DNA of 64,000 nucleotides from Candidatus Latescibacterota bacterium (GTDB lineage Bacteria; Latescibacterota; UBA2968; UBA8231): NCBI GenBank assembly GCA_963422735.1, contig OY730476.1, positions 3,808,001 to 3,872,000 of the forward strand, read 5' to 3'. Shown piece by piece: positions 58,288 to 64,000 of this stretch (position 1 is its first letter; each line of letters starts with the position of its first letter). The notes under the pieces were generated by a model. It saw only the letters and a program-made list of their open reading frames with translations, ran no database searches and was not told where the DNA came from. The position numbers and the translations under genes were made by a program.

Positions 58288-60918
58288 ATGAGGCTGACAC
58301 CCCTTTGTACCATAGGGCCGATCTTGCTGTTGTGGTGCGCGTTTGTACTCTCGGAGTCTAAGGCTTTCGCCCAGCTATCTACGGGCTTTCGGCCAGTGGA
58401 GGAACCGGGAATTCGCGGGGTGCGCATCCATCCCGGGGCCTTGGCGCCTAACCGGCGCAAGTGGTACTTGCCGCAGAACTTGTACTACGAGTACCAGTGG
58501 CGCGGCTGGGAGTACAGCAACTACGCGCGCGACAACTACGCGCGCTACGTCAACATTATGCTCGAAGGCACCCGCAACTACAACCTCTTCGGCCAGTACA
58601 TCAATCGCGGCTGGGTCATCTACGACTGGACCGAAACCAGCCCCCTGCGCCAGGGCAGTGCCCTTTTGAAGGGCACCCGCTTTGGCCGGTGGTTCGACAG
58701 CCTCGTCATCTCGTCGGCCAGCCACGGCCAATTCCACACTTCCCTGATGGTGGGCGACGCCATCCGCACGACGCTCACCCCCCTGACTTTTTCCAAGCCC
58801 ACGTTCAACGGGTTGCAGTGGGATTTTCTCGCCGACAAGTACGCGCTGACTCTCCTCGGATCGCGGCTCAATGCGCCGGGATTTACCGCACTCAACGAGG
58901 CGGGCGGATCTTCGACGCTCGAAAACACGACCCGTCTCCTCGGAGCGCGCGGCGTGGCCCAAGTGGGCGACTTCGCCAAGCTGGGCCTGACGTGGGTCAA
59001 TGTGTCCAATACTAGCAGCGAACTGAGCCTCCGAGACAACTCGCTCAAGGGCCTGCTGACCGGCCCCCAAAACACGGGCAATGTCGAGCGGGTCATCATC
59101 CGCATCGCGGACGACTCGCCTGAATCCGAGCAAACAGGGGCCTCGTTTTTCGTCGATCAGGTGATTATCGACGGAGAATTGCACCCGGAAATTGTGCCCT
59201 TGGTGCGCGGCGGCGTGCGGCGCGAGGGCATCTTGGAGGTGAGCGGCTCGGACATAATTGAGCTTATCTACGACATTCGCAACGATTTTAGCCCAACCGA
59301 AAAAGTGGGCACCTTCCGCGAGGCCAAGAAGCTCGAATTCGAGCTGGTGGTGTCCAACGACTACCGCATAGAAATCGCCTCCAATCTCCAGACCAATGCC
59401 CGGGGCGAGCAGGTCTTCTTGCCAGTGGCCCAGGCCCGCGACGAGATCGCCGATGGCTCCAACCAGACCTTTGTGCGCTTTGCCTACGGCCTGCCGACTG
59501 GGCACGAAGTGATCGGCATGGATCTGGAGCTAATCAACCTCGCCCACTTCGACCTGCGGGCCGAATGGGCTCTCAACCGCCGCTTCCGCCGCTTCCCCAA
59601 TCAGAACTTCCGCAAGCTGCCCGCCCACAAGGAAACGGCCGAAGCCGGGTACCTCACGGCCTCGTACCAGCGCTACCCCTTCTTTGCGTACGGCGAGATG
59701 TTCACCATAGATCCCGATTACAGCACCACGGCCTTTATCGCCGATCCGGGCGGAGTCATCGACTACGCCAGCGAAACCCAAAACCTCTTTGAGTTTGTCG
59801 ATGACAACGACGACCAAGATCGCTTCACCGACTGGCAGCGCTATCGCCAGAGCCAAGGGTTTGGCGGCTCGCTGGGCCGCGATACCGAGATTTTCCCCGG
59901 GCTGGACGAGAACAACGATTTTATCTCCGACTTCAACCAAAACCAGAACAGCCGCCCGGATTACGTCGAGCCTTTCCTCCGCTATCAGGTCGATCCGCCG
60001 GAGTTCCTTTTTGGCATGGACATGAACAACAACACGATCATCGACCGCTTTGAGGACGACCGCCTGCCCGACTACCCCTACGAGCGCGACCATCGCGGCT
60101 ACAACGCGTACGGGGGATTAAAAATCACCGAGAGCACCCGGCTGACCGTCGGCCGGCTCGCCGAGCACCAGCTGAGCAGCGACCGCGAGAGCCGCTCGTT
60201 CTACGGGCTGCTGACTTTAGAAAAATCCTATCCCGGGCTGGACGTGGCCCTTTTTGAACACGCCAAACTAGTGGCCGACACCTTGCCCGAAGACCGCATC
60301 GTCTGGCGCGACCCCATCGGCCTGACGGATTTTGCCGATCCGCTCGACAATCAAGATACCTTTGTCAACGCGCTGTACTTGCAGGCCCGCTACTTTCGCA
60401 TCCGCAACCTAAACGTCGAGGGCAAGCTCAAGTACGAGCACTTTAACCAGCTCGGCGCGCAGGCCAGTCTAAAGCGCGACCGCTCGTTTTTAGGCCTGAT
60501 CAACAAGGCCGATTACTCCATCCGCCCCAGCGACCGGCTCGCCCTCTATCCCAAGTGGAAGAGCATGTACCAGCGAGAAACGCCCACCGCGCTGGCTGGC
60601 GTGAAAGCCAATGAACTGACCGAGAGTTTTTTCTTTTTGGGTCAGTACTCGATCCTGCCTAAGACGCACTTGGACTTCGGCGTTGAATTCAGTCTCTTCG
60701 AGAACCTAGCCGAGCGCCCAGCCGAGGCGTCGCCGAGCTATGTCGAGGACTTCCGCAGCCTCGTCTTTTCGACCCTGCTGACCAATGTATCGTCCTATCA
60801 AGGGTACGAGCTGACCATGAATGCGGGCTTCCTGCTAGAGCGCCAGTTCTTCGCGGAGCAGACCCAGAAGCAATCGATCGTCTTCGTCCGCATCTTCGCT
60901 GCCACGGGCGGGGTGTAA
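58288..60918 (+). CDS. Large exported protein, probable outer-membrane beta-barrel with Asp/Asn-rich Ca-binding loops
   Basis: ATG at 58288 after AGGAG; signal peptide AFA-Q; DDNDDQD, DENNDFISD and DMNNN loops; amphipathic strands ending VFVRIFA. Confidence 0.7.
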   Translation: MRLTPLCTIGPILLLWCAFVLSESKAFAQLSTGFRPVEEPGIRGVRIHPGALAPNRRKWYLPQNLYYEYQWRGWEYSNYARDNYARYVNIMLEGTRNYNLFGQYINRGWVIYDWTETSPLRQGSALLKGTRFGRWFDSLVISSASHGQFHTSLMVGDAIRTTLTPLTFSKPTFNGLQWDFLADKYALTLLGSRLNAPGFTALNEAGGSSTLENTTRLLGARGVAQVGDFAKLGLTWVNVSNTSSELSLRDNSLKGLLTGPQNTGNVERVIIRIADDSPESEQTGASFFVDQVIIDGELHPEIVPLVRGGVRREGILEVSGSDIIELIYDIRNDFSPTEKVGTFREAKKLEFELVVSNDYRIEIASNLQTNARGEQVFLPVAQARDEIADGSNQTFVRFAYGLPTGHEVIGMDLELINLAHFDLRAEWALNRRFRRFPNQNFRKLPAHKETAEAGYLTASYQRYPFFAYGEMFTIDPDYSTTAFIADPGGVIDYASETQNLFEFVDDNDDQDRFTDWQRYRQSQGFGGSLGRDTEIFPGLDENNDFISDFNQNQNSRPDYVEPFLRYQVDPPEFLFGMDMNNNTIIDRFEDDRLPDYPYERDHRGYNAYGGLKITESTRLTVGRLAEHQLSSDRESRSFYGLLTLEKSYPGLDVALFEHAKLVADTLPEDRIVWRDPIGLTDFADPLDNQDTFVNALYLQARYFRIRNLNVEGKLKYEHFNQLGAQASLKRDRSFLGLINKADYSIRPSDRLALYPKWKSMYQRETPTALAGVKANELTESFFFLGQYSILPKTHLDFGVEFSLFENLAERPAEASPSYVEDFRSLVFSTLLTNVSSYQGYELTMNAGFLLERQFFAEQTQKQSIVFVRIFAATGGV

Positions 60919-60921
60919 TCC

Positions 60922-62862
60922 TTGCAACCCCCAGCGGCCGGAGCGTTCACGCCCAAGGCCCTAATCCTCGGCTGCCTGTTCACGTTTTTCGTGGCCGCGG
61001 GCGACTCGTATGGGGTTTTCTATCTCCGCGGCTCGTACATGACGCTCGGGACCAGCACGGTCGGCGCCCTGTTCTTGCTCTTCTTCCTCGCTGGCTTGGT
61101 CAACCCGCTGCTCAAGCTGATCCATCCGCGGGCTGGACTGAACCGCGGCGAGCTCCTGCTCATCTATATAATGATGGTAATGGCCTCGCCCCTGCCGGTG
61201 TTTTTTGCCGGCCGATTCATCGGCACGATACTCACCCCCTTTTACTTCGCCACGCCGGAAAACGACTGGCACACGCTCATCCAGCCTCATATAGCGGGCT
61301 GGTTGGAGCCGCGCGACCTAGCGGTCATGGGGCCTTTTTACGAGGGCTTGGAGCAGGGCCGCTCCATCCCATGGGTTGGCTGGCTGCCGATTTTCTTGCG
61401 CTGGGCGCCTTTTGTATGGGCCTTGTTCTTGGCGATGATTGCCGCGATGGCAATTCTGCGCAAGCAGTGGAACGACTACGAGCGGCTGACCTATCCGCTG
61501 GTCCAGGTGCCTATGGCCCTCACCGAACAGGACGCCGAGGGGGGACGCATTGCCCCATTCTTCAAAAACCCGGTGATGTGGACAGGCTTTGCCGTACCGG
61601 CCGTCTGGGGGACGCTGCACGGGCTACACAACTATTTCCCAGAGACCGTGCCCATCGCCACCAATGTAGATCCCATCCACTTCATCCTGCCCATCTTCGA
61701 CAATCTGTCCGAACTGCAATTCAAATTTCGCTTCAACATCTTGGGTTTTTTCTATTTTCTCAAGACCGAAATCGCCTTCAGCCTGTGGTTTTTTAACCTC
61801 TTTGCCAATGCTCTGCGCACCACATTTGCCGTACTTGGCGTCACTAGTTCGGAGATGCTGGGGGGCGGACACTCGATCATCGACCCGATCCTCGTCCACC
61901 AGTCGATGGGGGGAATGCTGGTCCTGTTTCTATTTGGCCTGTTCGCGGCCCGCAAGCACCTGCGGGCAGTTTTGCATAAGGCCCTTTGGGGAGACCCCAA
62001 GGTAGATGATTCCGGCGAAATTCTATCCTATCGGATGGCCGTGCTCGTCCTGCTGGGTAGCAGCGCGGTGATGGTCGCGTGGCTCTCGCTGGCGGGCCTG
62101 CCCATCTGGGTCGCCAGTGCCTTTCTCTTTACCGCTGCCGCGCTCTTTGTCGGGTTTACTCGCCTAATCGCCGAAGGGGGGCTTTCGGACGGTTCAGTCC
62201 CGGTCGGCCCGGCTGCCATCGTCGTATCTGCCATCGGCTCTTCGGCCATTGGTGTCCAGGGCTTGGTCGTGCTGGCGACGACCTATTTCTGGACGACCGG
62301 GCGCAGTTTTGCCATGACTTCATCCGCCAACAGCCTCAAATTGGGCGAGGGCTTCGGCGGCTCCAAACGCCCGCTGTTCTGGACGATGCTCTTGGCCATG
62401 GCCGTCGGGCTGGTTTCGTCGATGTGGGTGGTTATGGAACTGGGCTATTCCTATGGGGCGCTCAACCTGAAAATACCCGGAGGGAAGCACGGGTTTTACG
62501 ACTACGCCGCTGGCTTGATTCGCACGCCGAGCGAGCCGCATCTGTGGGGTTGGATCAATACGGGGATTGGGGCGGGCGTGATGCTGCTCTTGATGCTGGC
62601 GCGCTGGTACTATGTCTGGTGGCCCCTCCATCCCCTCGGCTATCCCATCGGCCCCACCGGGATCATGGATCACCTCTGGTTTGACATGTTTTTGGCCTGG
62701 CTGATCAAGGTGTCGGTGCTGCGCTACGGCGGCGTGGCCCTCTACCGCAAGACGCGCCCCTTTTTTATGGGCATGATCGCCGGGCACATCGTGCCGGGAG
62801 GGCTTTTTCTGTTCGTCGATCACTTTACCGGCATGGTCGGCAACGTGATTTTCTGGGGTTGA
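60922..62862 (+). CDS. Polytopic inner-membrane protein, putative transporter (recalls DUF6785/DUF6784)
   Basis: About 16 hydrophobic segments; RKQW...ERLTYPL and WWPLHPLGY motifs. The family name is from memory and needs an HMM check. Confidence 0.75.
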   Translation: MQPPAAGAFTPKALILGCLFTFFVAAGDSYGVFYLRGSYMTLGTSTVGALFLLFFLAGLVNPLLKLIHPRAGLNRGELLLIYIMMVMASPLPVFFAGRFIGTILTPFYFATPENDWHTLIQPHIAGWLEPRDLAVMGPFYEGLEQGRSIPWVGWLPIFLRWAPFVWALFLAMIAAMAILRKQWNDYERLTYPLVQVPMALTEQDAEGGRIAPFFKNPVMWTGFAVPAVWGTLHGLHNYFPETVPIATNVDPIHFILPIFDNLSELQFKFRFNILGFFYFLKTEIAFSLWFFNLFANALRTTFAVLGVTSSEMLGGGHSIIDPILVHQSMGGMLVLFLFGLFAARKHLRAVLHKALWGDPKVDDSGEILSYRMAVLVLLGSSAVMVAWLSLAGLPIWVASAFLFTAAALFVGFTRLIAEGGLSDGSVPVGPAAIVVSAIGSSAIGVQGLVVLATTYFWTTGRSFAMTSSANSLKLGEGFGGSKRPLFWTMLLAMAVGLVSSMWVVMELGYSYGALNLKIPGGKHGFYDYAAGLIRTPSEPHLWGWINTGIGAGVMLLLMLARWYYVWWPLHPLGYPIGPTGIMDHLWFDMFLAWLIKVSVLRYGGVALYRKTRPFFMGMIAGHIVPGGLFLFVDHFTGMVGNVIFWG

Positions 62863-62914
62863 GGACCGGTGTGAGAACGGGCTATGTTTCGCTATCAATA
62901 GTGAGGGAATTGTT

Positions 62915-64000
62915 TTGTGCGCGTTCAAATCGCTATCTGCTTCTAAAGCACTGATTGGGGTTATGTGGTTGGCCGTGGCGGCGGCGGGCGAGGTGCGGCA
63001 GTGGGAGTTGGGGGGGGCAGGCCGCTCTTGGAGGGACGACGAGCTAAATTCCACGGCCATCAGCTTCGATGTAGCCGGGGCCATTCAATTGGTGGGTTTT
63101 AATTCCAGCGATAACATCGTCCGGCAGCTCAGATGGACCGAGGGATTCCCCTTGGACTTCGTCAGTGAGGTAGCCGAGGCACGGGTGTGGGACAACGTGC
63201 CCTTCAAGCAGACGAATGCCCCGCTCGTCGATGGCGACGTGCAGACCTCCAGCGAAAATCGCTTCAAGGAATTTGGGGCGCTGCAAGCGGGCCGGGCCTT
63301 TTTCTTTGACTTGGGCACGCGCCTCCCCATCAACCGCATCTCGTTTTTCCCGCGCCCGGAAGGGGCCGACAGCCGCGGGCGGCCCTTTGCCGACGACTTC
63401 ATCCGCGGTTATAAAATTCAGGTCAGCGACGGCGTGAGCTTCACGCCGGAAAACCTCCCGGTGTACAACCTGCTGACCCAAGTGGATTTCACCACGGAAA
63501 GCGCGGCGCAAATTCCCTTCCCATTGCAATTTGTCCGCTACATCCAGCTCAACGTGACCTCGACCAACCCTTTTGAGATAGCCGAGTTTGAGGTGTACGG
63601 AGCGGGCTTTCCTCCGGGGGGCCGCTATCTGTCCAAGATCATCGACTTGGGCGAAGTGGCCAACTTCAGCCGCTTGCTGTGGACGGCCGAGACCTTGCGC
63701 CAGGAAGAGGGCCGCATCGACGTCGAGCCAACGGCTGATGCGGACGTCTCCATTCGCATGCGCACGGGCCGCGACGATACTCCGCAGGTCTTCTACGAAA
63801 TCGTCAATGTTTTCACCGGCGACGTGCAAGAAGTCTCGGAGAGCGACTACGGCCGACTGGGCCTAAATGTGCGTGGCCCGGTCGAAGCAGACCAAGTCAA
63901 CTGGAGCGAGTGGTCGCCACCCTTTGCCGAGTCCGGCCAGCGGATTGAGCTGCCTAGCCCGCGTCGTTTCTTCCAGCTCGAAATCGCACTCACCAGCCAC
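62915..64000 (+). CDS. Secreted discoidin-like protein, truncated by the window edge; paralog of 55008..57014
   Basis: Not in the ORF track. TTG after GAGGGA: MCAFKSLSASKALIGVMWLAVAAAGEVRQWELGG...VDGD...FDLGTRLPINRISFFP...AEFEVYGAGF...SKIIDLG...RTGRDDTP. Confidence 0.8.
   Translation, partial: MCAFKSLSASKALIGVMWLAVAAAGEVRQWELGGAGRSWRDDELNSTAISFDVAGAIQLVGFNSSDNIVRQLRWTEGFPLDFVSEVAEARVWDNVPFKQTNAPLVDGDVQTSSENRFKEFGALQAGRAFFFDLGTRLPINRISFFPRPEGADSRGRPFADDFIRGYKIQVSDGVSFTPENLPVYNLLTQVDFTTESAAQIPFPLQFVRYIQLNVTSTNPFEIAEFEVYGAGFPPGGRYLSKIIDLGEVANFSRLLWTAETLRQEEGRIDVEPTADADVSIRMRTGRDDTPQVFYEIVNVFTGDVQEVSESDYGRLGLNVRGPVEADQVNWSEWSPPFAESGQRIELPSPRRFFQLEIALTSH

Noticed and set aside
58375-59505. Long antisense ORFs (this one, 4506..5267, 24072..24953 and others)
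   Set aside because: They are shadow frames of GC-rich genes with no recognisable motifs.

Overview
This 64-kb window comes from a GC-rich diderm bacterium. The PorX-TsaE pair, the topoisomerase IV type, FlgD-like C-terminal domains, a TWGxIK C-terminal motif and FG-GAP/ASPIC proteins suggest the FCB group, perhaps a host-associated Latescibacterota-like lineage; this is inference only. The backbone carries intact housekeeping genes (xylB, glyA, glk, tsaE, parC/parE, a DEAD-box helicase, gltX) and many envelope proteins. Several non-essential genes are decaying through short deletions: zwf, an epimerase, a uxuA-like gene, a DNA methyltransferase, two FG-GAP genes and a toxin-antitoxin array. 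The most striking feature is an intact, lower-GC, ~11-kb RiPP cluster of the linear azol(in)e/TOMM class at ~32.3-43.7 kb. A sigma-54-type promoter precedes a 38-aa precursor (MKLEIVSKPFDGYMSPAAK-G8-C5-IIIFFC) framed by RNA hairpins. Downstream lie an E1/ThiF-like partner lacking its Zn ligands, one degenerate and one canonical SagB-type dehydrogenase, an ABC-2 permease, a PxPxP-tailed YcaO, a CPBP protease, an ABC ATPase fused to a TPR domain, a TonB-dependent transporter and a secreted paralog of that TPR domain. A second candidate undescribed system is a repeated envelope module seen at both ends of the window: a PpiC foldase, a CBM9-like secreted protein, discoidin/FlgD proteins, a large Ca-loop outer-membrane protein and a polytopic membrane protein. 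All family calls are from motif recognition, not database searches.
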